NCBI GenBank assembly: GCA_938015295.1
Contig: CALLQB010000005.1
Span: forward strand, 1 to 64,000
Length of the DNA stretch: 64,000 nt
Direction of reading: 5' to 3'
DNA from: an uncultured Acidimicrobiales bacterium
GTDB taxonomy: Bacteria > Actinomycetota > Acidimicrobiia > Acidimicrobiales > SHLQ01
Each line of letters starts with the position of its first letter. Within the stretch, counting starts at the first letter, position 1. The translations under genes were made by a program, and so were the position numbers. This document shows positions 27,401 through 35,940 of the stretch, piece by piece. The notes under the pieces are model-generated. The model was not told the DNA's origin, did not search any database, and worked only from the letters and a program-made list of their open reading frames with translations.

Positions 27401-29518
27401 CTTGTGCAGCGCTGGGACGAAGTGGCACTGCTGCGCTTCGAGCCTGACGCACGGGCGCTGGCTCAGGTGTTCTGGGCGCACGGGGTCGACGAAGACACCC
27501 GACGAGATCTCCTCGCCCGCGGTATCAGTCTCGGTCGTCTCCGCGCCACCTTCGCAAACTCGCCGGCACTCGATGATTTCGTCGCTGACCTAACGAGCCG
27601 ACTGGCAGGCTTTGCCGAGCAGTATCGGTCGATCGCTGGCGACGTCGACCTGGTCGCCACCGCCAGGTATCTGTTTGAAGAACTTGCTGAAGAGCCACTG
27701 GCGTTTGTCGTCAGTAGTGCTGCAGCAGAACTTCGCGATGCCCTGCAGCTGCACCACGACACGTCAGGCATCGCCGAGGCGTTCGCAGAACTCGATGGCC
27801 TCGCCGATCGGCACCGGTTGTTGCATGCATGGTTCGAGGCTTTCGCTGCGGCCGAACGTCCCGCGTCGATTCCGTATGTCCCCGAAGCGGTTGCGTTGCT
27901 CATGGCAGCCGACCTTCCGCACCAGGCAGGAGCCGTCGACCTGCAGTGCACCGTCGAAGGCCTGCTTGCCCAACATCCCCGCATCCGTAACCAGTCTCTC
28001 GAGTTTCGCTACGACCAGCTGCTTGCTGAGGGCGAGCAATACCGTCGCGACGTGGTTCCCGGTTTCCGGTCGTATCAAACGCAACGCCACCAGTTGTTGA
28101 CAGCAGCACGGCGTCGGCTCCGGCTCGACGAGTTCACACCGAAGGTGATGAGCGCCTTTGTGCGTAATCAGCTGATCGACCAGGTGTATCTGCCCTTTAT
28201 TGGCGACAACCTTGCGAAACAGCTCGGAACGATCGAAGGTGGCCGCACCGATCAGATGGGCCTCCTCTTGCTGATCTCACCTCCGGGCTACGGCAAGACG
28301 ACGCTGATGGAATACGTCGCAAACCGTCTTGGCATGGTTTTTGTGAAAGTAAACGGTCCGGCGCTCGGCCATGGCGTCGACTCGCTCGACCCCACCGAAG
28401 CGCCCAACGCTACAGCGGCCCAAGAGGTCGACAAGATAAACTTTGCCCTCGAAATGGGCAGCAATGTGCTGCTCTATCTCGACGACATTCAGCACACGAA
28501 CCCCGAACTTCTGCAGAAGTTCATTTCGATGTCTGACGCGCAGCGCCGGATGGAGGGCGTGTGGAACGGCCGCACGCGAACCTATGACCTCCGTGGCAAA
28601 CGGTTCGCCGTGGTCATGGCCGGCAACCCCTACACCGAGTCCGGCGAACGCTTCCAGATTCCCGACATGCTCGCCAACCGCGCCGACACGTACAACCTTG
28701 GCGATGTGCTCACCGGCAACGATCAGCAGTTTGCACTCAGCTATCTCGAGAACTCGCTCACGTCGAATCCCGTGCTCGCCAGCCTTACCACTCGCGACCC
28801 GGCCGACACACTCAAACTCATCGCAATGGCACAGGGCGATGCCGTGTCGCCCGACGACCTTTCGCATCCGTACTCGGCGGTCGAGATCGACGAACTTGTC
28901 GCGACCTTCCGTCGGTTGATCCGGGTGCAGGAAGTACTGCTTGCGGTGAATCAGACCTACATCAGTTCAGCGTCGCAAGAAGACGAGTTCCGCACCGAGC
29001 CCCGGTTCCAGCTCCAGGGTTCGTACCGAAATATGAACCGTCTCGCCGAGAAGGTTTTGCCGGTGATGAACGACGACGAACTCGAAGCGCTGCTCGACGA
29101 TCACTACGTCGGCGAAGCCCAGACACTCACCACCGGAGCCGAGGCCAACCTGCTCAAGCTCCGTGAACTCCGCGGCGTCCTCGACGAGCAAGATGCGGCG
29201 CGTTGGGACGACATCAAGAACGGCTATCGGCGCACCAAACTGATGGGCGGCGCCGACGACGACCCGATGGTGCGCGTCGCAGGCGCCGTCAGCGGCATCT
29301 CTGAGCAACTTCGTGCGTTGGCCGCCCAGCGTGGCCCCGACGCGGCCGAGGCAATGGCGCTGTTCGACGAGACGCTGCGCGAGTTGATTCGAGCCGACGA
29401 AAAAAGCCGCGAGGAACGTCGGGCCGCCTATCGAGCGCGAGCCACCGACCAAGGTTCGGGCCCTAAGAGCACGCTGAAGCCGCCGCCTCCCGCTCCTGGC
29501 GACGAGTCAGCGGGATAG
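24404..29518 (+). CDS. giant AAA+ ATPase (1704 aa): large uncharacterised N-terminal domain, long helical middle region, single P-loop ATPase module near the C-terminus
   Basis: GTG start 21 nt after the flotillin stop. Walker A LLISPPGYGKTTL (~nt 28280), Walker B VLLYLDDIQH (~nt 28470), sensor-like VVMAGNPY. Overall layout resembles proteins that databases label 'DNA repair ATPase' / DUF3686-AAA, which I cannot verify here. Confidence 0.8.
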   Translation: MTDVQTEAVAADAVADAAGAGTYELLRARLVEHADELGRRAARLNEQRLDAFGTSRFELVGSERIRTANNCVSRDIAAVGDQLLFGYNVFIGLKSETSIDDVFSAHRLTTGDDGAFALSVLDEGSDVGWLHDPAFLNDFAELTRYYKENKLLQIRRTEGRLLAVFQIGNSIDDIRVFRWEISPDGAARYLDNRGERDHQYPPQFGFEWTPVNREQQVGGRTPHVNIDDRVFVYLVGGKLEIRLEDNTETGLTVLAETIDNADQSVDDADMSFALVGDLVLLRVKPYLEDHDRYFVVNLFNRTALRADALGQSCQLLPEDHGLIFPGGYYLREGDTKIFDLETASMEFKAEIRSPNGEDVLYAFHQRSEGRTILLSYNMIRREVAPPINCHGYSLFENGTLIVFRDDGEPTRVHPMQIWATPFVSADFHARQPLGDGFLDRIGNAEAVRGVSEGLNIRRLVADVEPSVAVFEALSTSTVRVLDAHPWLADDAAGDLASPLHEIRSTSELIIDEFEKAESLKATAVDVVAEARTDIDAVVDELRQQKPSTTQQYVTALQKLRRQQGHLLTIRDVRYVDNEALDELSVSVQEAFDQLSSQAVEFLADDGAFEGFHTDVAQLTNTIEATSKVTELAPHLEALDEIGGGLDLLTEVVGGLDIEDATVRTSIFERVSVVMGLLNRSRAVAENQRRTLGDAESSAAFGVEFGLFSQSVTAELSRSTTPERADAALGTLLVQLENLESRFGESDEYLDQIGTKREDVYEAFSSRKQTLIDDRQRSARRLVDASERILTSVNRRIEGFESPDEINAFFVADPLVAKVRTIAEDLRGLDEQVRADEVLRTLETAKEEAARSLRDRTDIFEEGGQVIRLGRHRFSVDSQNLELTTAVVDDELNIVLTGTDFREPATASELEASELAELRPFWDQTLVSERANFSRVEFLATSILADSASGRNELSMPLLCEAAGSATGLEELVRSVGEKRVDEGYDRGVHDHDAAKILAVLVQRWDEVALLRFEPDARALAQVFWAHGVDEDTRRDLLARGISLGRLRATFANSPALDDFVADLTSRLAGFAEQYRSIAGDVDLVATARYLFEELAEEPLAFVVSSAAAELRDALQLHHDTSGIAEAFAELDGLADRHRLLHAWFEAFAAAERPASIPYVPEAVALLMAADLPHQAGAVDLQCTVEGLLAQHPRIRNQSLEFRYDQLLAEGEQYRRDVVPGFRSYQTQRHQLLTAARRRLRLDEFTPKVMSAFVRNQLIDQVYLPFIGDNLAKQLGTIEGGRTDQMGLLLLISPPGYGKTTLMEYVANRLGMVFVKVNGPALGHGVDSLDPTEAPNATAAQEVDKINFALEMGSNVLLYLDDIQHTNPELLQKFISMSDAQRRMEGVWNGRTRTYDLRGKRFAVVMAGNPYTESGERFQIPDMLANRADTYNLGDVLTGNDQQFALSYLENSLTSNPVLASLTTRDPADTLKLIAMAQGDAVSPDDLSHPYSAVEIDELVATFRRLIRVQEVLLAVNQTYISSASQEDEFRTEPRFQLQGSYRNMNRLAEKVLPVMNDDELEALLDDHYVGEAQTLTTGAEANLLKLRELRGVLDEQDAARWDDIKNGYRRTKLMGGADDDPMVRVAGAVSGISEQLRALAAQRGPDAAEAMALFDETLRELIRADEKSREERRAAYRARATDQGSGPKSTLKPPPPAPGDESAG

Positions 29519-29584
29519 AATCGACGCGAGCGACTGAACATTCCTGGGCACGTCCTGGGCGGGAAACGAAAGAGGACAACACGA

Positions 29585-30310
29585 ATGCCACTACACAGCG
29601 AGTTGACGCAGTTCGGAGAAATTCCGGCCGGCGAGCAGCAGTTTCAGCTACAGAACAAAAAGCTGCTTCGGGTGACCCTGGCTTATGGGCCGGTCGAAGC
29701 AATGAGCGGATCGATGGTGGCATACCAAGGTGCTGCCACCTTCGAGAACAAAGGTTCGGGCAGCATGAGCAAGATGCTCAAGAAGGCGACCACCGGCGAG
29801 GGCGTCAAGATGATGCACGTCGGCGGAACGGGCGAGGTCTTCTTGGCTGACAAGGCCCACGACATCCAGGTGATGTATCTCGAGAACGACTCGATTTCGG
29901 TCAACGGGTCAAACGTCCTCGCGTTCTCAAGTTCGATTGAATGGGACATCCAGAAGCTGAGCGGCGGGGGAGTTGCTGGAGCAATGGCAGGTGGCCTGTT
30001 CAACGTGACGCTTCGCGGCACCGGCTACGTGGCAATCACCACCGATGGCCCGCCCGTCATGCTCGATGTTTCTGCCGGCACAACCTTCGGCGATCCGCAG
30101 GCCGTGGTGATGTGGACCTCCGGGGTCCAGATGAACCTCAAGACCGATACCACCGGCGGCCTGAAATCACTGGCTCGGGGTGGTTCGGGCGAAACCTTCC
30201 AGATGGATTTCCACGGTCAAGGTTTTGTGCTGGTGCAGCCTTCGGAAGGCCGTATTTCGCCGAGTACAGGCGATGGCGGCGGTGGCCTCCTCGGAGCACT
30301 CTCGGGTTAA
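29585..30310 (+). CDS. AIM24 family protein (DUF124 / TIGR00266)
   Basis: 241 aa. Gly-rich beta protein with the pattern conserved in bacterial AIM24-like proteins (…MLDVSAGTTFGDPQAVVMWTSGVQ…). Good ribosome-binding site (GAAAGAGGA). Confidence 0.7.
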   Translation: MPLHSELTQFGEIPAGEQQFQLQNKKLLRVTLAYGPVEAMSGSMVAYQGAATFENKGSGSMSKMLKKATTGEGVKMMHVGGTGEVFLADKAHDIQVMYLENDSISVNGSNVLAFSSSIEWDIQKLSGGGVAGAMAGGLFNVTLRGTGYVAITTDGPPVMLDVSAGTTFGDPQAVVMWTSGVQMNLKTDTTGGLKSLARGGSGETFQMDFHGQGFVLVQPSEGRISPSTGDGGGGLLGALSG

Positions 30311-30930
30311 CCCGCTTCGGGTACCGTTTCGAAAAGTGTGCTCGCATGATCAGCGGCCGCCGACAACCAGTCGGCCCGCTGGTCATCAGAGCTATCGGTG
30401 GTTGGGCCAAAGTGCAGTCGATCGACTGTTGGGTCGCCACAAAATGGCAACACACACCTTGTCCAGATCTGCGAGAGCGGATCGCCGAGGAGAGCTTCGC
30501 GCTCTGCGGGCGTATCGCCGGTGGTAATCACCAGCGCCGATTGCAATCGCAGGAGGCCCTCGGGTTCACCGCTCGCTTCGGCCAACCGGTAGGCCACACC
30601 GGGAATCAGCACCCGGTCCAACCAGCCGGCAAGAATTGCCGGAGGTTTTCCCCACCAGTTTGGGTGCACGACAACCAGGCCATCTGCTTCGGCAATCTCC
30701 GAGCGATAGTGGGCGACCAACCCGGTAGCGGAAGGAGTGTGGAGATCTTCGATCGCTTTGCCGATAGAGAAACATTCGTCGGCTTGCAAAATCGGATCAA
30801 AATTCTCCGCATAAAGATCATGAAAGCTGACCTGATGTCCCGCAGCGGCCAGCGCCTGCACGACGGTGTCGGCAATCGCGTGGTTGAAACTTTCGGTTCT
30901 TGGATGGGCAAGAAGAACGGTGACCAGCAT
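30307..30930 (-). CDS. NAD(P)H-dependent oxidoreductase, flavodoxin-like fold (NAD(P)H dehydrogenase (quinone) family)
   Basis: ORF trimmed to the ATG at 30930 (MLVTVLLAHPRTESF…). Motif VVVHPNWWGKPPAILAGWLDRVL is typical of the Flavodoxin_2 / MdaB / KefF family. Confidence 0.75.
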   Translation of the reverse strand: MLVTVLLAHPRTESFNHAIADTVVQALAAAGHQVSFHDLYAENFDPILQADECFSIGKAIEDLHTPSATGLVAHYRSEIAEADGLVVVHPNWWGKPPAILAGWLDRVLIPGVAYRLAEASGEPEGLLRLQSALVITTGDTPAEREALLGDPLSQIWTRCVLPFCGDPTVDRLHFGPTTDSSDDQRADWLSAAADHASTLFETVPEAG

Positions 30931-30985
30931 GGCGTAACCGTAGGGCGGCAAGAGCAGTCGAAGCTCACCCGTTAACCTAGAGAAC

Positions 30986-31897
30986 ATGGCAATCCGCAAA
31001 AAAATGGCAAAGAAAGCGGCGAAGAAGGCACTCAGCGCCGACATGATTCCCGCGCCGGTGCTCGAAGCAATCGGCAAGGGGATGGTCGAAGGCGTCGACA
31101 AGGCGGTCACCAAGCGTTGGCAGCGGGCGCTCGACCGAGCGGCCGAGACCCACGGCACCACCGAGCAGCGCATTGCCGAGGTGTACCAGGCATTTCAGAA
31201 AGAACTCACCGCAGCTGGCGCAGCCACAGGCGCCGCCGCAGCAACACCCGGTATTGGCACAGCCGCTGCAGCAAGCTGGCTTAGCGCCGATGTCGTGTGG
31301 TTGGCTCTTCGCTCGGCAGATCTCATCATGACGATTGCGGCAATCCACGGCCATACAGATTCAACGGTCGATCAACGGCGCGCGTGGGTGCTGTCGATTC
31401 TTGCCTTCGGCGACGAAGCGGCCGTTGAGTTTGGAACACTGGTAGAGCAGATGAATATCGGCACCTCCGCGTCGGCGGGAATGCGGATGCCCCTCGAGGT
31501 GATCGAACGGGTCAATACCTCACTCGGTTCGCACGTCCTCACCAAATACGGAACCCGACGCGGCATTGCGACCGTTGGTCGCCTGCTGCCGTTCGGTATC
31601 GGCGCGGTTATCGGCGGCGGCGCGAACTTCACGATGACCCGCAACCTTGCCAAACACGCCGACGCCTTCTTTCGAAACGCGCCGCTAGAAGAGTCGGGTT
31701 TCAACGCCGTCGAGGGCGAACGTTTTGTCATCGCCGCAGAAAGCCACGACCGATTCTCGGGCGCGTTACCTGCCGGAGAAGACTCGTATGGTCACCTTCC
31801 GCCGCCTCCTGTTGGTGCTGCCGGTTCCGAGCTACCTCCAGGCGACGACACGTCATCGAAACGCAGCCGGTTCGCTAGCCGGTGGAGTCGTAGCTGA
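30986..31897 (+). CDS. hypothetical protein (possibly EcsC-like)
   Basis: 303 aa. Lys-rich N-terminus, Ala/Gly-rich hydrophobic core. Family assignment is uncertain. Confidence 0.4.
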   Translation: MAIRKKMAKKAAKKALSADMIPAPVLEAIGKGMVEGVDKAVTKRWQRALDRAAETHGTTEQRIAEVYQAFQKELTAAGAATGAAAATPGIGTAAAASWLSADVVWLALRSADLIMTIAAIHGHTDSTVDQRRAWVLSILAFGDEAAVEFGTLVEQMNIGTSASAGMRMPLEVIERVNTSLGSHVLTKYGTRRGIATVGRLLPFGIGAVIGGGANFTMTRNLAKHADAFFRNAPLEESGFNAVEGERFVIAAESHDRFSGALPAGEDSYGHLPPPPVGAAGSELPPGDDTSSKRSRFASRWSRS

Positions 31898-33125
31898 CCG
31901 TCGGCTCGTCGTTGGCGACCGGCCCCAAACGGCTGGCCGAAAGCAGCGCCATAACAAACAGCACGCCAGACAGCACCCACACAGGCACGGTGAACCCATC
32001 GGTGGCGTCGGCGAGCAGTCCGGTGACAAAGGGGCCCAGGACACCGCCGATTTCGGCCGAAGTGAAAAACAAGCCACCAACCGCCGCCATGTTTTTCGGA
32101 CCGACGCGTTTGTGATCCATCAAGATCAGCATGCACACCGGCATGACCGCTGTACGCGCAAGACCCATCGATACCAGCGCAGGAGCGAGTACGACCGCTT
32201 CGCGCACCGCGACGAACAGCAAGCCAGCTGCTCCGAGCAACATGCCGCCTGAAAGAATCGCAACCCGCCGTTCGGGTGTTGCGAAACGCGGGAGATACAA
32301 CGTTGCCACGATGCCGAGCAGGGTGGGGAAAGAAGCCCAGTACCCGGCGGCAGCCGCCGACCATCCGGCATCTTCAAGGATGTCGACCAGCCAATTGCTA
32401 AGCGCATGGCTGTAGAAGAAAGCGCCAGTCGCCAGCACAAGAATCAATCGCACGATTGGCACCTGCAGCAGTTGACGACTGTTCAGGCTTGGATGGCTTT
32501 CGGTTGTCGAGAAGTGTGCGCTGACTCCCCGCGACAGCACTAGCCATGCCAGACCACACGCCAGACTTACCACCGCGAAGAGCGCCATGGTCGATCGCCA
32601 ATCGTCGCCGAACAAGGGCATCACCACACTGTTGGTGAGCGCCAACCCGCCAGCGCTACCTACAGCTGGGCCGGTGCCATAGATCCCGACAGCCTTTCGT
32701 CGCTCGGCATCGCTGAAGTACTCGGCGACCAGCTTCGGGGCGCCGATCGATATGAGCGGGCCGCCGATACCGAACAGGGCAACACCGAGCAGCAACGACA
32801 GAAACCCTTGGGAACCAGCTCGGAGAAATCCCGACGCTGCCATCACGACCGCCGCGAAGGCGATCGCTGCCCGCAGGCCGAAGCGATCGATGGCCTTGCC
32901 CGCTGGCACTGAAGCGGCAAGATACACAAACTGCCAGGCGCCGAGAATGAGCCCCATTTGGGTACGGCTCAGATCAAGCGCTGGTCGAATGGTCGGCACG
33001 AGAGCGGCGGTGGATCCGACCAGCAGCCCAAATCCGGCGTACACGAGCCACACCCCGAACAACAGCTTCCACCGGTCGGGTGAGGCGGCCGGAGCGCTCG
33101 GAGCTGATGGGTTGTTGATCTGCAC
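31875..33125 (-). CDS. MFS transporter
   Basis: About 12 predicted TM helices. MFS signature-like GLRAAIAFAAVVMAASGFLRAG and loop motifs. Start uncertain: GTG at 33125 or further upstream to 33242. Confidence 0.75.
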   Translation of the reverse strand: MQINNPSAPSAPAASPDRWKLLFGVWLVYAGFGLLVGSTAALVPTIRPALDLSRTQMGLILGAWQFVYLAASVPAGKAIDRFGLRAAIAFAAVVMAASGFLRAGSQGFLSLLLGVALFGIGGPLISIGAPKLVAEYFSDAERRKAVGIYGTGPAVGSAGGLALTNSVVMPLFGDDWRSTMALFAVVSLACGLAWLVLSRGVSAHFSTTESHPSLNSRQLLQVPIVRLILVLATGAFFYSHALSNWLVDILEDAGWSAAAAGYWASFPTLLGIVATLYLPRFATPERRVAILSGGMLLGAAGLLFVAVREAVVLAPALVSMGLARTAVMPVCMLILMDHKRVGPKNMAAVGGLFFTSAEIGGVLGPFVTGLLADATDGFTVPVWVLSGVLFVMALLSASRLGPVANDEPTVSYDSTG

Positions 33126-33204
33126 GGTGAGAGAACCATCGCAGATGTTGGCGGCGAGCAATAATCGCAGCGCCCTCGCCGGGCGACCAGCGTACGATTG
33201 CGGA

Positions 33205-33504
33205 ATGTTCGCAGTGATCTTCAGTAACGCACGAACCGACAACGATCCGGAAGGTTACGGGGCGATGGCAACGCGTATGGAAGCGTTGGCGGCGACCCAG
33301 CCGGGCTATGTCGGTTTTGAAAGCGCCCGCAATCCCGATGGCACCGGCATCGCGGTGAGCTATTGGGAAACCGAGGCTGATATCGAGGCCTGGAAAACGA
33401 ACGCCGAGCATCTGTTGGCGCAGCAGCACGGACAAACCGACTGGTATCACCGCTACACGACCCACGTCGCAGAGATCTCGCGAAGCTACAGCTTTCCCAC
33501 CTGA
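33205..33504 (+). CDS. antibiotic biosynthesis monooxygenase (ABM) family protein
   Basis: 99 aa from the internal ATG at 33205 (MFAVIFSNARTD…), ferredoxin-like ABM fold pattern. The upstream part of the 250-aa ORF is antisense to the MFS gene and is rejected. Confidence 0.65.
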   Translation: MFAVIFSNARTDNDPEGYGAMATRMEALAATQPGYVGFESARNPDGTGIAVSYWETEADIEAWKTNAEHLLAQQHGQTDWYHRYTTHVAEISRSYSFPT

Positions 33505-33530
33505 TACTCGGCCTGCAATAAGGTCCTCGC

Positions 33531-35006
33531 ATGGGAAGCACGGGAAACTCCGATGATCTGAGTTATGCGTCGGCCACAGCGGTTGCCGACATGATTCGAA
33601 CGAAAAAGGTGTCGAGCAGCGAGGTGCTCGAGCATTTCCTTGCTCGCGTCGAACGGTTCGATGGAGCGATCAACGCCGTGGTGACTCTCGACGAGGAGCG
33701 GGCGCGGGCCGCAGCGGCGACTGCAGACGCCGCTGTGGTGTCTGGCGCAAAGCTGGGCCCGCTGCACGGCGTGCCGATGACGGTGAAGGACAGCTACGCG
33801 ACCGCCGGGTTACGCACGACGTCAGGCGCTCCACAATTGGCCGACTACGTGCCCGAAGAAGATGCCTGGGCGGTCGCTGCCATGCGTGGCGCCGGCGCAA
33901 TCGTCTATGGCAAAACCAACCTGCCGATCTGGGCTGGCGACTTCCAATCGTTCAACGAGGTATTCGGCACCACCAACAATCCGTGGGACGTATCGCGTAC
34001 GCCCGGTGGCTCTTCGGGCGGCTCCGCCGCTGCTCTTGCGGCCGGGTTTACGCCCATTGAGCTCGGCAGCGACATCGGTGGGTCGATTCGTCTACCTGCG
34101 CATATGTGTGGGGTGCTTGGACACAAACCGAGCTACGGCATCGTGCCCGGCCATGGGCACGTTTCGGGCCCTCCCGGCACGCTGTCGATGGCCGACCTCG
34201 CCGTATACGGCCCAATGGCGCGTTCGGTCGACGACCTCAAACTTCAGCTTTCTCTCATGGCCGGACCAGACGTTTGGTCGAAGCCTGCGTGGCAGCTCGA
34301 TCTGCCGTCATCGCCGGTGGCGGGGGTGTCGGAGCTTCGGGTGGCGACCTGGTTCGACGACCCCGCGGCCCCTGTCGAATCCGACACGGTGGCGTTGTTG
34401 GAGGCTGCGGCGAAGACACTCGCCGATGCTGGTGCCATCGTCGACAACGAAGCTCGCCCACCGTTTACCCTCGAAAAGGTCGTTGAGACGTTTGGCAAAC
34501 TGCTGATGGCTGCGCTGTCGGGCGGCCACACCCGCGAGTCGATCGAGAAGTTTGCGGGTGATCAAAGCGATACCCCGTTGGGGCGCGATCGCCGGTACTC
34601 ATCGATGCGACATCGCGAATGGTTGAGCACCAACGAGCGGCGACTGCAGATGCGTCGGGAGTTCGCACGCTTTTTCGACGACTGGGATGTTCTGCTGCTA
34701 CCCGTCATGGCCCGCACGGCGTTCCCGCACGATCACCACTTTCCGCAGACGACTCGTCTGGTCGATGTTGGCGACAGCGAGGTGCAGTACATGGAGCTCA
34801 CCAACTGGATGGCGCCGGCGGGCAGTTGCTATCTGCCCGCGACGGTGGTTCCTGTTGGGCTTGGCGTCGATGGGTTGCCGGTCGGCATACAGATTGTTGG
34901 GCCGTTCCTCGGCGACCTGACCACGTTGGCGGTTGCCTCAATGCTCAGCGAGATGCTGCCTTCTCTCGGGGTTCCCGTTCTCGCCGAGGAAGGGGCAACA
35001 AAATGA
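33531..35006 (+). CDS. amidase (amidase-signature family)
   Basis: 491 aa. Gly/Ser-rich signature GGSSGGSAAALAAG with the Ser-cisSer-Lys catalytic pattern. Confidence 0.9.
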   Translation: MGSTGNSDDLSYASATAVADMIRTKKVSSSEVLEHFLARVERFDGAINAVVTLDEERARAAAATADAAVVSGAKLGPLHGVPMTVKDSYATAGLRTTSGAPQLADYVPEEDAWAVAAMRGAGAIVYGKTNLPIWAGDFQSFNEVFGTTNNPWDVSRTPGGSSGGSAAALAAGFTPIELGSDIGGSIRLPAHMCGVLGHKPSYGIVPGHGHVSGPPGTLSMADLAVYGPMARSVDDLKLQLSLMAGPDVWSKPAWQLDLPSSPVAGVSELRVATWFDDPAAPVESDTVALLEAAAKTLADAGAIVDNEARPPFTLEKVVETFGKLLMAALSGGHTRESIEKFAGDQSDTPLGRDRRYSSMRHREWLSTNERRLQMRREFARFFDDWDVLLLPVMARTAFPHDHHFPQTTRLVDVGDSEVQYMELTNWMAPAGSCYLPATVVPVGLGVDGLPVGIQIVGPFLGDLTTLAVASMLSEMLPSLGVPVLAEEGATK

Positions 35007-35893
35007 CGACCACGCTCGACTGGTTTGGTTGCGCAACCTTCCGCCTACAAACCGCCGACCTCACGATCTTTCTCGATGCGTACATCGATCGCGTGCCCAA
35101 CGCACCGGGCTCGGGGCTCACCGCCGGTGACATCGGCGAGTGCGACTGGATCCTGGTGGGACACTCACACTTCGACCATCTCTGGGGCGCCGAACGCATA
35201 GCGCGCAACACCGGGGCAACGATCGTTGGTAGCTACGAGTCGGTGCGGGTCATGGAGGCTGCCGGCGTGCCCCTCGACCAGATGATGTGTGTCGCCGGCG
35301 GTGAAACAATCGACCTCGGCAATGGGGTCACGGCTTCGGTCTACCCGTCGCAGCACTCGTGCGTGTGGTCGCACGCCCAGATGGATCAACCCGACGAGGT
35401 GTGTCTTGGCGATCTCGGTGTGACCTTCCAGGAACAGCGCGACCGGATGGGCCAGTTGTTCGAGTGGTTCGGCACGCTGGGTCCGCAGGTCGCTGAACAC
35501 ATGCGCCTGTCGTCTCCCGGGCACAGCGAGCGCGGCGATGGTGGAGCGTTGGTGTTTGTCATCGAAACCCCAGACGGCTCGGTGTTCTATCAGGACACCT
35601 CTGGTCACTGGAAAGGCGTACTTGAGACGCTTGATGTCGATGTCGCAATTCTCGGCGCAGCAGGACGCGGCAACATCGACGGCGAACCAATCCAGGGAAG
35701 CCTTGCCCAGTTTGTCGCCGAGCAGGCCCGGATGCTCGACCCGAAGCAGATCGTGCTGGGCCATCACGACGACTGGTTGCCGGGTTTTTCAATTGATACT
35801 GATGTTGCCCCGATCAAGGCGGCGATAACCGAGTTAGTGCCGGGTGCCGAGGTGCTCGATCTGGGCTATGTCGACGGCACTTTGCTCTTCTAG
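35003..35893 (+). CDS. MBL-fold metallo-hydrolase
   Basis: ATG overlaps the amidase stop (ATGA). HxHxDH motif (VGHSHFDH) with downstream His/Asp ligands. 296 aa. Confidence 0.75.
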   Translation: MTTTLDWFGCATFRLQTADLTIFLDAYIDRVPNAPGSGLTAGDIGECDWILVGHSHFDHLWGAERIARNTGATIVGSYESVRVMEAAGVPLDQMMCVAGGETIDLGNGVTASVYPSQHSCVWSHAQMDQPDEVCLGDLGVTFQEQRDRMGQLFEWFGTLGPQVAEHMRLSSPGHSERGDGGALVFVIETPDGSVFYQDTSGHWKGVLETLDVDVAILGAAGRGNIDGEPIQGSLAQFVAEQARMLDPKQIVLGHHDDWLPGFSIDTDVAPIKAAITELVPGAEVLDLGYVDGTLLF

Positions 35894-35940
35894 ATCGTCC
35901 CCCTACTTCAGTCTTGGTCTTGTCGACGTTTGGCGTAGCG

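Noticed and set aside
32752-33204. Upstream 151 codons of the ORF containing the ABM monooxygenase
   Set aside because: This portion is antisense to the MFS transporter gene. The ABM domain begins at the ATG at 33205.
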